A DNA stretch of 64,000 bases from NCBI RefSeq assembly GCF_964355755.1, contig NC_092675.1, forward strand, positions 13,325,812-13,389,811, in the 5' to 3' direction. Made by a program: the position numbers and the translations under genes. The notes beneath the pieces are model-generated. The model saw nothing but the letters and a program-made list of their open reading frames with translations. It was not told the origin of the DNA and made no database searches. The DNA is from Antedon mediterranea. Taxonomy: Eukaryota > Animalia > Echinodermata. Of this stretch, positions 39,401 through 53,300 are shown one piece after another (the first letter of the stretch is position 1; the number at the start of each line of letters is the position of its first letter).

Positions 39401-42400
39401 AGCATTTCGATAACAATTTTCACACAAAAACATCAAAGAGCACAAAATAGCTTAATATCGTATTTAAAAATGTTTTAGACCATTTTGAGCATTTAGATAA
39501 AACTTTTTCACACAAAACACCAAAGGGTTTAGAATAGCTTCAAATCGCATTTGGAGACGTTTTAGACCATTTTGTGATTTTTGAAAAAACTTGTTAACAT
39601 AAAAACACCAAAGTGCTTAGAATAGCTTCAAATCACATTTGGAGACGTTTTAGACCATTTTGTGATTTTCGAAAAAACTTGTTAACATAAAAACACGAAA
39701 GTGCTTAGAATAGCTTCAAATCGCATTTGGAAACGTTTTAGACCATTTAGTGATTTTCGAAAAAACTTGTTAACATAAAAACACGAAAGTGCTTAGAATA
39801 GCTTCAAATCGCATTTGGAAACGTTTTAGACCATTTTGTGATTTTCGAAAAAAATTGTTAACATAAAAACACCAAAGTGTTTAGAATAGCTTCAAATCGC
39901 ATTTGGAGACGTTTTAGACCAATTTGTGATTTTCGAAAAAACTTATCAACATAAAAACACCAAAGGGTTTAGAATAGCTTCAAATCGCATTTGGAGACGT
40001 TTTAGACCATTTTGAGATTTTCGAAAAAACTTGGTTACACAAAAACATCAAAGTGCTTAAAATCACATTATAAACCGTTTTAGACCATTTTGAACATTTC
40101 GATAACACTTTTCACACAAAAACATCAAAGAGCACAAAATAGCTTAATATCGTATTTAAAAACGTTTTAGACCATTTTGAGCATTTCGACAAAACTTTTT
40201 CACACAAAACACCAAAGTGCTTAGAATAGCTTCAAATCGCATTTGGAGAAGTTTTAGACCAATTTGTGCATTTCGATGAAACTTGATTACACAAAAACAT
40301 CAACGTGCTTAAAATCACATTATAAACCGTTTTAGACCATTTTGAGCATTTCGATAACACTTTTCACACAAAAACATCAAAGAGCACAAAATAGCTTAAT
40401 ATCGTATTTAAAAACGTTTTAGACCATTTTGAGCATTTAGACAAAACTTTTTCACACAAAACACCAAAGTGCTTAGAATAGCTTCAAATCGCATTTGGAG
40501 ACGTTTTAGACCATTTTGTGCATTTCGATGAAGCTTGGTTACACAAAAACATCAAAGTGCTTAAAATCACATTATAAATCGTTTTAGACCATTTTGAGCA
40601 TTTCGACAAAACTTTTTCACACAAAATACCAAAGGGCTTAGAATAGCTTCAAATCGCATTTGGAGACGTTTTAGACCATTTTGTGATTTTCGAAAAAACT
40701 TTTTAACATAAAAACACCAAAGTGCTTAGAATAGCTTCAAATCACATTTGGAGACGTTTTAGACCATTTTGTGATTTTCGAAAAAACTTGTTAACATAAA
40801 AACACGAAAGTGCTTAGAATAGCTTCAAATCGCATTTGGAAACGTTTTAGACCATTTTGTGATTTTCAAAAAAAATTGTTAACATAAAAACACCAAAGTG
40901 CTTAGAATCACATTATAAACCGTTTTAGACCATTTTGAGCATTTCGATAACAATTTTTACACAAAAACATCAAAGAGCACAAAATAGCTTAATATCGTAT
41001 TTAAAAATGTTTTAGACCATTTTGAGCATTTAGATAAAACTTTTTCACACAAAACACCAAAGTGCTTAGAATAGCTTCAAATCGCATTTGGAGACGTTTT
41101 AGACCATTTTGTGATTTTTGAAAAAACTTGTTAACATAAAAACACCAAAGTGTTAGAATAGCTTCAAATCACATTTGGAGACGTTTTAGACTATTTTGTG
41201 ATTTTCGAAAAAACTTGTTAACATAAAAACACCAAAGTGCTTAGAATAGCTTAAAATCGTATTTGGAGACGTTTTAGACCATTTTGAGATTTTCGAAAAA
41301 ACTTGGTTACACAAAAACATCAAAGTGCTTAAAATCACATTATAAACCGTTTTAGACCAGTTTGAGAATTTCGATAACACTTTTCACACAAAAACATCAA
41401 AGAGCACAAAATAGCTTAATATCGTATTTAAAAACGTTTTAGACCATTTTGAGCATTTCGACAAAACTTTTTCACACAAAACACCAAAGTGCTTAGAATA
41501 GCTTCAAATCGCATTTGGAGACGTTTTAGACCAATTTGTGCATTTCGATGAAACTTGATTACACAAAAACATCAAAGTTCTTAAAATCACATTATAAACC
41601 GTTTTAGACCATTTTGAGCATTTCGATAACACTTTTCACACAAAAACATCAAAGAGCACAAAATAGCTTAATATCGTATTTAAAAACATTTTAGACCATT
41701 TTGAGCATTTAGACAAAACTTTTTCACACAAAACACCAAAGTGCTTAGAATAGCTTCAAATCGCATTTGGAGACGTTTTAGACCATTTTGTGCATTTCGA
41801 TGAAACTTGGTTACACAAAAACATCAAAGTGCTTAAAATCACATTATAAATCGTTTTAGACCATTTTGAGCATTTCGACAAAACTTTTTCACACAAAATA
41901 CCAAAGTGCTTAGAATAGCTTCAAATCGCATTTGGAGACGTTTTAGACCATTTTGTGATTTTCGAAAAAACTTTTTTACATAAAAACACCAAAGTGCTTA
42001 GAATAGCTTCAAATCACATTTGGAGACATTTTAGACCATAAGTGCTTAGAATCACAATATAAACCGTTTTAGACCATTTTGAGCATTTCGATAACAATTT
42101 TCACACAAAAACATCAAAGAGCACAAAATAGCTTAATATCGTATTTAAAAATGTTTTAGACCATTTTGAGCATTTAGATAAAACTTTTTCACACAAAACA
42201 CCAAAGTGCTTAGAATAGCTTCAAATCGCATTTGGAGACGGTTTAGACCATTTTGTGATTTTGAAAAAACTTGTTAACATAAAAACACCAAAGTGCTTAG
42301 AATAGCTTCAAATCGCATTTGGAGACGTTTTAGACCATTTTGTGATTTTCGAAAAAACTTGTTAACATAAAAACACCAAAGTGCTTAGAATAGCTTCAAA

Positions 42401-44602
42401 TCGTATTTGGAGACGTTTTAGACCATTTTGAGATTTTCGAAAAAACTTGGTTACACAAAAACATCAAAGTGCTTAAAATCACATTATAAACCGTTTTAGA
42501 CCATTTTGAACATTTCGATAACACTTTTCACACAAAAACATCAAAGAGCACAAAATAGCTTAATATCGTATTTAAAAACGTTTTAGACCATTTTGAGCAT
42601 TTCGACAAAACTTTTTCACACAAAACACCAAAGTGCTTAGAATAGCTTCAAATCGCATTTGGAGACGTTTTAGACCAATTTGTGCATTTCGATGAAACTT
42701 GATTACACAAAAACATCAACGTGCTTAAAATCACATTATAAACCGTTTTAGACCATTTTGAGCATTTCGATAACACTTTTCACACAAAAACATCAAAGAG
42801 CACAAAATAGCTTAATATCGTATTTAAAAACGTTTTAGACCATTTTGAGCATTTAGACAAAACTTTTTCACACAAAACACCAAAGTGCTTAGAATAGCTT
42901 CAAATCGCATTTGGAGACGTTTTAGACCATTTTGTGCATTTCGATGAAGCTTGGTTACACAAAAACATCAAAGTGCTTAAAATCACATTATAAATCGTTT
43001 TAGACCATTTGGAGCATTTCGACAAAACTTTTTCACACAAAATACCAAAGGGCTTAGAATTGCTTCAAATCGCATTTGGAGACGTTTTAGACCATTTTGT
43101 GATTTTCGAAAAAACTTTTTAACATAAAAAGACCAAAGTGCTTAGAATAGCTTCAAATCACATTTGGAGACGTTTTAGACCATTTTGTGATTTTCGAAAA
43201 AACTTGTTAACATAAAAACACGAAAGTGCTTAGAATAGCTTCAAATCGCATTTGGAAACGTTTTAGACCATTTTGTGATTTTCGAAAAAAATTGTTAACA
43301 TAAAAACACCAAAGTGCTTAGAATCACATTATAAACCGTTTTAGACCATTTTGAGCATTTCGATAACAATTTTCACACAAAAACATCAAAGAGCACAAAA
43401 TAGCTTAATATCGTATTTAAAAATGTTTTAGACCATTTTGAGCATTTAGATAAAACTTTTTCACACAAAACACCAAAGTGCTTAGAATAGCTTCAAATCG
43501 CATTTGAAGACGTTTTAGACCATTTTGTGATTTTTGAAAAAACTTGTTAACATAAAAACACCAAAGGGTTAGAATAGCTTCAAATCACATTTGGAGACGT
43601 TTCAGACCATTTTGTGATTTTCGAAAAAACTTGTTAACATAAAAACACGAAAGTGCTTAGAATAGCTTCAAATCGAATTTGGAAACGTTTTAGACCATTT
43701 TGTGATTTTCGAAAAAACTTGTTAACATAAAAACACGAAAGTGCTTAGAATAGCTTCAAATCGCATTTGGAAACGTTTTAGACCATTTTGTGATTTTCGA
43801 AAAAAATTGTTAACATAAAAACACCAAAGTGTTTAGAATAGCTTCAAATCGCATTTGGAGACGTTTTAGACCAATTTGTGATTTTCGAAAAAACTTATCA
43901 ACATAAAAACACCAAATCGCATTTGGAGACGTTTTAGACCATTTTGTGATTTTGAAAAAACTTGTTAACATAAAAACACCAAAGTGCTTAAAATCACATT
44001 ATAAATCGTTTTAGACCATTTTGAGCATTTCGACAAAACTTTTTCACACAAAATACCAAAGGGCTTCAAATCGCATTTGGAGACGTTTTAGACCATTTTG
44101 TGATTTTCGAAAAAACTTTTTAACATAAAAACACCAAAGTGCTTAGAATAGCTTCAAATCACATTTGGAGACGTTTTAGACCATTTTGTGATTTTCGAAA
44201 AAACTTGTTAACATAAAAACACGAAAGTGCTTAGAATAGCTTCAAATCGCATTTAGAAACGTTTTAGACCATTTTGTGATTTTCGAAAAAAAATTGTTAA
44301 CATAAAAACACCAAAGTGCTTAGAATCACATTATAAACCGTTTTAGACCATTTTGAGCATTTCGATAACAATTTTCACACAAAAACATCAAAGAGCACAA
44401 AATAGCTTAATATCGTATTTAAAAATGTTTTAGACCATTTTGAGCAATTAGATAAAACTTTTTCACACAAAACACCAAAGTGCTTAGAATAGCTTCAAAT
44501 CGCATTTGGAGACGTTTTAGACCATTTTGTGATTTTTGAAAAAACTTGTTAACATAAAAACGCCAAAGTGCTTAGAATAGCTTCAAATCACATTTGGAGA
44601 CG

Positions 44603-44954
44603 TTTTAGACCATTTTGTGATTTTCGAAAAAACTTGTTAACATAAAAACACGAAAGTGCTTAGAATAGCTTCAAATCGCATTTGGAAACGTTTTAGACCA
44701 TTTTGTGATTTTCGAAAAAACTTGTTAACATAAAAACACGAAAGTGCTTAGAATAGCTTCAAATCGCATTTGGAAACGTTTTAGACCATTTTGTGATTTT
44801 CGAAAAAACTTGTTAACATAAAAACACGAAAGTGCTTAGAATAGCTTCAAATCGCATTTGGAAACGTTTTAGACCATTTTGTGATTTTCGAAAAAACTTG
44901 TTAACATAAAAACACGAAAGTGCTTAGAATAGCTTCAAATCGCATTTGGAAACG
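44603..44954 (+). repeat. Four identical 88-bp A* monomers (cacgaaag + ggaaacg variant) within a 14-monomer A-only tract (44515-45743)
   Basis: Anchors at 44603, 44691, 44779, 44867 and 44955; each monomer carries both linked variants. Confidence 0.9.
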
Positions 44955-45481
44955 TTTTAGACCATTTTGTGATTTTCGAAAAAAATTGTTAACATAAAAA
45001 CACCAAAGTGTTTAGAATAGCTTCAAATCGCATTTGGAGACGTTTTAGACCAATTTGTGATTTTCGAAAAAACTTATCAACATAAAAACACCAAAGGGTT
45101 TAGAATAGCTTCAAATCGCATTTGGAGACGTTTTAGACCATTTTGTGATTTTGAAAAAACTTGTTAACATAAAAACACCAAAGTGCTTAGAATAGCTTCA
45201 AATCGCATTTGGAGACGTTTTAGACCATTTTGTGATTTTCGAAAAAACTTGTTAACATAAAAACACGAAAGTGCTTAGAATAGCTTCAAATCGCATTTGG
45301 AAACGTTTTAGACCATTTTGTGATTTTCGAAAAAACTTGTTAACATAAAAACACGAAAGTGCTTAGAATAGCTTCAAATCGCATTTGGAAACGTTTTAGA
45401 CCATTTTGTGATTTTCGAAAAAACTTGTTAACATAAAAACACGAAAGTGCTTAGAATAGCTTCAAATCGCATTTGGAGACG

Positions 45482-48400
45482 TTTTAGACCAATTTGTGAT
45501 TTTCGAAAAAACTTATCAACATAAAAACACCAAAGGGTTTAGAATAGCTTCAAATCGCATTTGGAGACGTTTTAGACCATTTTGTGATTTTGAAAAAACT
45601 TGTTAACATAAAAACACCAAAGGGTTTAGAATAGCTTCAAATCGCATTTGGAGACGTTTTAGACCATTTTGTGATTTTGAAAAAACTTGTTAACATAAAA
45701 ACACGAAAGTGCTTAGAATAGCTTCAAATCGCATTTTGAGACGTTTTAGACCATTTTGTGCATTTCGATGAAACTTGGTTACACAAAAACATCAAAGTGC
45801 TTAAAATCACATTATAAACCATTTTAGACCATTTTGAGCATTTCGATAACACTTTTCACACAAAAACATCAAAGAGCACAAAATAGCTTAATATCGTATT
45901 TAAAAACGTTTTAGACCATTTTGAGCATTTCGACAAAACTTTTTCACACAAAACACCAAAGTGCTTAGAATAGCTTCAAATCGCATTTGGAGACGTTTTA
46001 GACCAATTTGTGATTTTCGAAAAAACTTATCAACATAAAAACACCAAAGGGTTTAGAATAGCTTCAAATCGCATTTGGAGACGTTTTAGACCATTTTGTG
46101 ATTTTGAAAAAACTTGTTAACATAAAAACACCAAAGGGTTTAGAATAGCTTCAAATCGCATTTGGAGACGTTTTAGACCATTTTGTGATTTTGAAAAAAC
46201 TTGTTAACATAAAAACACGAAAGTGCTTAGAATAGCTTCAAATCGCATTTTGAGACGTTTTAGACCATTTTGTGCATTTCGATGAAACTTGGTTACACAA
46301 AAACATCAAAGTGCTTAAAATCACATTATAAACCATTTTAGACCATTTTGAGCATTTCGATAACACTTTTCACACAAAAACATCAAAGAGCACAAAATAG
46401 CTTAATATCGTATTTAAAAACGTTTTAGACCATTTTGAGCATTTCGACAAAACTTTTTCACACAAAACACCAAAGTGCTTAGAATAGCTTCAAATCGCAT
46501 TTGGAGACGTTTTAGACCATTTTGTGATTTTCGAAAAAACTTGTTAACATAAAAACATCAAAGTGTACAGAATAACTTCAAATCGCATTTGGAGACCGTT
46601 TTAGGCCAATTTGTGATTTTCGAAAAAACTTGTTAACCTAAAAATACCAAAGTGTTTAGAATAGCTTCAAATCGCATTTGGAGACGTTTTAGAACATTTT
46701 GTGATTTTCGAAAAAACTTGTTAACATAAAAACACCAAAGTGCTTCAAATCGCATTTGGAGACATTTTAGACCAATTTGTGATTTTTGAAAAAACTTGTT
46801 AACATAAAAACACCAAAGTGCTTACAATAGCTTCAAATCGTATTTGGAGACGTTTTAGACCATTTTGTGATTTTCGAAAAAACTTGTTAACATAAAAACA
46901 CCAAAGTACTTAGAATAGCTTCAAATCGCATTTGGAGACGTTTTAGACCATTTTGTGCATTTCGATGAAACTTGGTTACACAAAAACATCAAAGTGCTTA
47001 AAATCACATTATAAACCATTTTAGACCATTTTGAGCATTTCGATAACACTTTTCACACAAAAACATCAAAGAGCACAAAATAGCTTAATATCGTATTTAA
47101 AAACGTTTTAGACCATTTTGAGCATTTCGACAAAACTTTTTCACACAAAACACCAAAGTGCTTAGAATAGCTTCAAATCGCATTTGGAGACGTTTTAGAC
47201 CAATTTGTGATTTTCGAAAAAACTTATCAACATAAAAACACCAAAGGGTTTAGAATAGCTTCAAATCGCATTTGGAGACGTTTTAGACCATTTTGTGATT
47301 TTGAAAAAACTTGTTAACATAAAAACACCAAAGGGTTTAGAATAGCTTCAAATCGCATTTGGAGACGTTTTAGACCATTTTGTGATTTTGAAAAAACTTG
47401 TTAACATAAAAACACGAAAGTGCTTAGAATAGCTTCAAATCGCATTTTGAGACGTTTTAGACCATTTTGTGCATTTCGATGAAACTTGGTTACACAAAAA
47501 CATCAAAGTGCTTAAAATCACATTATAAACCATTTTAGACCATTTTGAGCATTTCGATAACACTTTTCACACAAAAACATCAAAGAGCACAAAATAGCTT
47601 AATATCGTATTTAAAAACGTTTTAGACCATTTTGAGCATTTCGACAAAACTTTTTCACACAAAACACCAAAGTGCTTAGAATAGCTTCAAATCGCATTTG
47701 GAGACGTTTTAGACCATTTTGTGATTTTCGAAAAAACTTGTTAACATAAAAACATCAAAGTGTACAGAATAACTTCAAATCGCATTTGGAGACCGTTTTA
47801 GGCCAATTTGTGATTTTCGAAAAAACTTGTTAACCTAAAAATACCAAAGTGTTTAGAATAGCTTCAAATCGCATTTGGAGACGTTTTAGAACATTTTGTG
47901 ATTTTCGAAAAAACTTGTTAACATAAAAACACCAAAGTGCTTCAAATCGCATTTGGAGACATTTTAGACCAATTTGTGATTTTTGAAAAAACTTGTTAAC
48001 ATAAAAACACCAAAGTGCTTACAATAGCTTCAAATCGTATTTGGAGACGTTTTAGACCATTTTGTGATTTTCGAAAAAACTTGTTAACATAAAAACACCA
48101 AAGTACTTAGAATAGCTTCAAATCGCATTTGGAGACGTTTTAGACCATTTTATGCATTTCGATGAAACTTGGTTACACAAAAACATCAAAGTGCTTAAAA
48201 TCACATTATAATCCGTTTTAGACCATTTTGAGCATTTCGATAACACTTTTCACACAAAAACATCAAAGAGCACAAAATAGCTTAATATCGTATTTAAAAA
48301 CTTTTTAGACCATTTTGAGCATTTCGACAAAACTTTTTCACACAAAACACCAAAGTGCTTAGAATAGCTTCAATTCGCATTTGCAGACGTTTTAGACCAT

Positions 48401-49248
48401 TTTGTGATTTTCGAAAAAAATTGTTAACATAAAAACATCAAAGTGTACAGAATAGCTTCAAATCGCATTTGGAGACCGTTTTAGGCCAATTTGTGATTTT
48501 CGAAAAAACTTGTTAACCTAAAAATACCAAAGTGTTTAGAATAGCTTCAAATCGCATTTGGAGACGTTTTAGACCATTTTGTGATTTTCGAAAAAACTTG
48601 TTAACATAAAAACACCAAAGTGCTTCAAATCGCATTTGAGACATTTTAGACCAATTTGTGATTTTTGAAAAAACTTGTTAACATAAAAACACCAAAGTGC
48701 TTACAATAGCTTCAAATCGTATTTGGAGACGTTTTAGACCATTTTGTGATTTTCGAAAAAACTTGTTAACATAAAAACACCAAAGTACTTAGAATAGCTT
48801 CAAATCGCATTTGGAGACGTTTTAGACCATTTTATGCATTTCGATGAAACTTGGTTACACAAAAACATCAAAGTGCTTAAAATCACATTATAATCCGTTT
48901 TAGACCATTTTGAGCATTTCGATAACACTTTTCACACAAAAACATCAAAGAGCACAAAATAGCTTAATATCGTATTTAAAAACTTTTTAGACCATTTTGA
49001 GCATTTCGACAAAACTTTTTCACACAAAACACCAAAGTGCTTAGAATAGCTTCAAATCGCATTTGGAGACGTTTTAGACCATTTTGTGATTTTCGAAAAA
49101 AATTGTTAACATAAAAACATCAAAGTGTACAGAATAGCTTCAAATCGCATTTGGAGACCGTTTTAGGCCAATTTGTGATTTTCGAAAAAACTTGTTAACC
49201 TAAAAATACCAAAGTGTTTAGAATAGCTTCAAATCGCATTTGGAGACG
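45482..49248 (+). repeat. Nested higher-order array X-X-Y-X-Y-Y-(partial Y); X = 514 bp (6 monomers), Y = 683 bp (8 monomers)
   Basis: Unit starts at 45482, 45996, 46510, 47193, 47707, 48390 and 49072. X is marked by cttatc, gggttt x2 and cattttgag; Y is marked by gtgtacag, ttaggcc and aaccta. Confidence 0.9.
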
Positions 49249-50369
49249 TTTTAGACCAATTTGTGCATTTCGATGACACTTGATTACACAAAAACATCAA
49301 AGTGCTTAAAATCACATTATAAACCGTTTTAGACCATTTTGAGCATTTCGATAACACTTTTCACACAAAAACATCAAAGAGCACAAAATAGCTTAATATC
49401 GTATTTAAAAACGTTTTAGACCATTTTGAGCATTTAGACAAAACTTTTTCACACAAAATACAAAAGTGCTTAGAATAGCTTCAAATCGCATTTGGAGACG
49501 TTTTAGACCATTTTTGTGATTTTCGAAAAAACTTTTTAACATAAAAACACCAAAGTGCTTAGAATAGCTTCAAATCACATTTGGAGACGTTTTAGACCAT
49601 TTTGTGATTTTCGAAAAAACTTGTTAACATAAAAACACGAAAGTGCTTAGAATAGCTTCAAATCGCATTTAGAAACGTTTTAGACCATTTTGTGATTTTC
49701 GAAAAAAATTGTTAACATAAAAACACCAAAGTGCTTAGAATCACATTATAAACCGTTTTAGACCATTTTGAGCATTTCGATAACAATTTTCACACAAAAA
49801 CATCAAAGAGCACAAAATAGCTTAATATCGTATTTAAAAATGTTTTAGACCATTTTGAGCAATTAGATAAAACTTTTTCACACAAAACACCAAAGTGCTT
49901 AGAATAGCTTCAAATCGCATTTGGAGACGTTTTAGACCATTTTGTGATTTTTGAAAAAACTTGTTAACATAAAAACACCAAAGTGCTTAGAATAGCTTCA
50001 AATCACATTTGGAGACGTTTTAGACCATTTTGTGATTTTCGAAAAAACTTGTTAACATAAAAACACGAAAGTGCTTAGAATAGCTTCAAATCGCATTTGG
50101 AAACGTTTTAGACCATTTTGTGATTTTCGAAAAAACTTGTTAACATAAAAACACGAAAGTGCTTAGAATAGCTTCAAATCGCATTTGGAAACGTTTTAGA
50201 CCATTTTGTGATTTTCGAAAAAACTTGTTAACATAAAAACACGAAAGTGCTTAGAATAGCTTCAAATCGCATTTGGAAACGTTTTAGACCATTTTGTGAT
50301 TTTCGAAAAAAATTGTTAACATAAAAACACCAAAGTGTTTAGAATAGCTTCAAATCGCATTTGGAGACG

Positions 50370-53300
50370 TTTTAGACCAATTTGTGATTTTCGAAAAAAC
50401 TTATCAACATAAAAACACCAAAGGGTTTAGAATAGCTTCAAATCGCATTTGGAGACGTTTTAGACCATTTTGTGATTTTGAAAAAACTTGTTAACATAAA
50501 AACACCAAAGTGCTTAGAATAGCTTCAAATCGTATTTGGAGACGTTTTAGACCATTTTGAGATTTTCGAAAAAACTTGGTTACACAAAAACATCAAAGTG
50601 CTTAAAATCACATTATAAACCGTTTTAGACCATTTTTAGCATTTCGGTAACACTTTTCACACAAAAACATCAAAGAGCACAAAATAGCTTAATATCGTAT
50701 TTAAAAACGTTTTAGACCATTTTGAGCATTTAGACAAAACTTTTTCACACAAAACACCAAAGTGCTTAGAATAGCTTCAAATCGCATTTGGAGACGTTTT
50801 AGACCATTTTGTGCATTTCGATGAAACTTGGTTACACAAAAACATTAAAGTGCTTAAAATCACATTATAAATCGTTTTAGACCATTTTGAGCATTTCGAC
50901 AAAACTTTTTCACACAAAATACCAAAGTGCTTAGAATAGCTTCAAATCGCATTTGGAGACGTTTTAGACCATTTTGTGATTTTCGAAAAAACTTTTTAAC
51001 ATAAAAACACCAAAGTGCTTAGAATAGCTTCAAATCACATTTGGAGACGTTTTAGACCATAAGTGCTTAGAATCACATTATAAACCGTTTTAGACCATTT
51101 TGAGCATTTCGATAACAATTTTCACACAAAACATCAAAGAGCACAAAATAGCTTAATATCGTATTTAAAAATGTTTTAGACCATTTTGAGCATTTAGATA
51201 AAACTTTTTCACACAAAACACCAAAGTGCTTAGAATAGCTTCAAATCGCATTTGGAGACGTTTTAGACCATTTTGTGATTTTTGAAAAAACTTGTTAACA
51301 TAAAAACACCAAAGTGCTTAGAATAGCTTCAAATCACATTTGGAGATGTTTTAGAACATTTTGTGATTTTTGAAAAAACTTGTTAACATAAAAACACGAA
51401 AGTGCTTAGAATAGCTTCAAATCACATTTGGAGACGTTTTAGACCATTTTGTGATTTTTGAAAAAAACTTGTTAACATAAAAACACGAAAGTGCTTAGAA
51501 TAGCTTCAAATCGCATTTGGAAACGTTTTAGACCATTTTGTGATTTTCGAAAAAGATTGTTAACATAAAAACACCAATGTGCTTAGAATCACATTATAAA
51601 CCGTTTTAGACCATTTTGAGCATTTCGATAACAATTTTCACACAAAAACATCAAAGAGAACAAAATAGCTTAATATCGTATTTATAAATGTTTTAGACCA
51701 TTTTGAGCATTTCGACAAAACTTTTTCACACAAAACACCAAAGTGCTTAGAATAGCTTCAAATCGCATTTGGAGACGTTTTTTATACCATTTTGTGATTT
51801 CGATGAAACTTGATTACACAAAAACATCAAAGTGCTTAAAATCACATTATAAACCGTTTTAGACCATTTTGAGCATTTCGATAACACTTTTCACACAAAA
51901 ACATCAAAGAGCACAAAATAGCTTAATATCGTATTTAAAAACGTTTTAGACCATTTTGAGCATTTAGACAAAACTTTTTCACACAAAACACCAAAGTGCT
52001 TAGAATAGCTTCAAATCGCATTTGGAGACGTTTTAGAACATTTTGTGTTTTTCGAAAAAAACTGTTAACATAAAAACACCAAAGTGCTTAGAATAGCTTC
52101 AAATCGCATTTGGAGACGTTTTAGAACATTTTGTGTTCTTCGAAAAAACCTGTTAACATAAAAACACCAAAGTGCTTAGAATAGCTTCAAATCGCATTTG
52201 GAGACGTTTTAGACCATTTTGTGATTTTTGAAAAAACTTGTTAACATAAAAACACCAAAGTGCTTAGAATAGCTTCAAATCACATTTGGAGACGTTTTAG
52301 ACCATTTTGTGATTTTCGAAAAAACTTGTTAACATAAAAACACGAAAGTGCTTAGAATAGCTTCAAATCGCATTTGGAAACGTTTTAGACCATTTTGTGA
52401 TTTTCGAAAAAGATTGTTAACATAAAAACACCAAAGTGCTTAGAATCACAATATAAACCGTTTTAGACCATTTTGAGCATTTCGATAACAATTTTCACAC
52501 AAAAACATCAAAGAGCACAAAATAGCTTAATATCGTATTTAAAAATGTTTTAGACCATTTTGAGCATTTAGATAAAACTTTTTCACACAAAACACCAAAG
52601 TGCTTAGAATAGCTTCAAATCGCATTTGGAGACGGTTTAGACCATTTTGTGATTTTGAAAAAACTTGTTAACATAAAAACACCAAAGTGCTTAGAATAGC
52701 TTCAAATCGCATTTGGAGACGTTTTAGACCATTTTGTGATTTTCGAAAAAACTTGTTAACATAAAAACACCAAAGTGCTTAGAATAGCTTCAAATCGTAT
52801 TTGGAGACGTTTTAGACCATTTTGAGATTTTCGAAAAAACTTGGTTACACAAAAACATCAAAGTGCTTAAAATCACATTATAAACCGTTTTAGACCATTT
52901 TGAACATTTCGATAACACTTTTCACACAAAAACATCAAAGAGCACAAAATAGCTTAATATCGTATTTAAAAACGTTTTAGACCATTTTGAGCATTTCGAC
53001 AAAACTTTTTCACACAAAACACCAAAGTGCTTAGAATAGCTTCAAATCGCATTTGGAGACGTTTTAGACCAATTTGTGCATTTCGATGAAACTTGATTAC
53101 ACAAAAACATCAACGTGCTTAAAATCACATTATAAACCGTTTTAGACCATTTTGAGCATTTCGATAACACTTTTCACACAAAAACATCAAAGAGCACAAA
53201 ATAGCTTAATATCGTATTTAAAAACGTTTTAGACCATTTTGAGCATTTAGACAAAACTTTTTCACACAAAACACCAAAGTGCTTAGAATAGCTTCAAATC

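Noticed and set aside
41186-41380. 64-aa minus-strand ORF from the supplied track
   Set aside because: It lies wholly in satellite monomers. It is open only because a private c>a change at 41253 turns the usual minus-strand TGA into TTA, and the peptide merely mirrors the repeat (WSKT twice). There is no gene context.
44677-44693. CENP-B box resemblance (ttggaaacg in A* monomers)
   Set aside because: It matches the middle 9 bp of CTTCGTTGGAAACGGGA but lacks the essential TTCG and the GG of CGGG, so only about 3 of 9 critical positions match.
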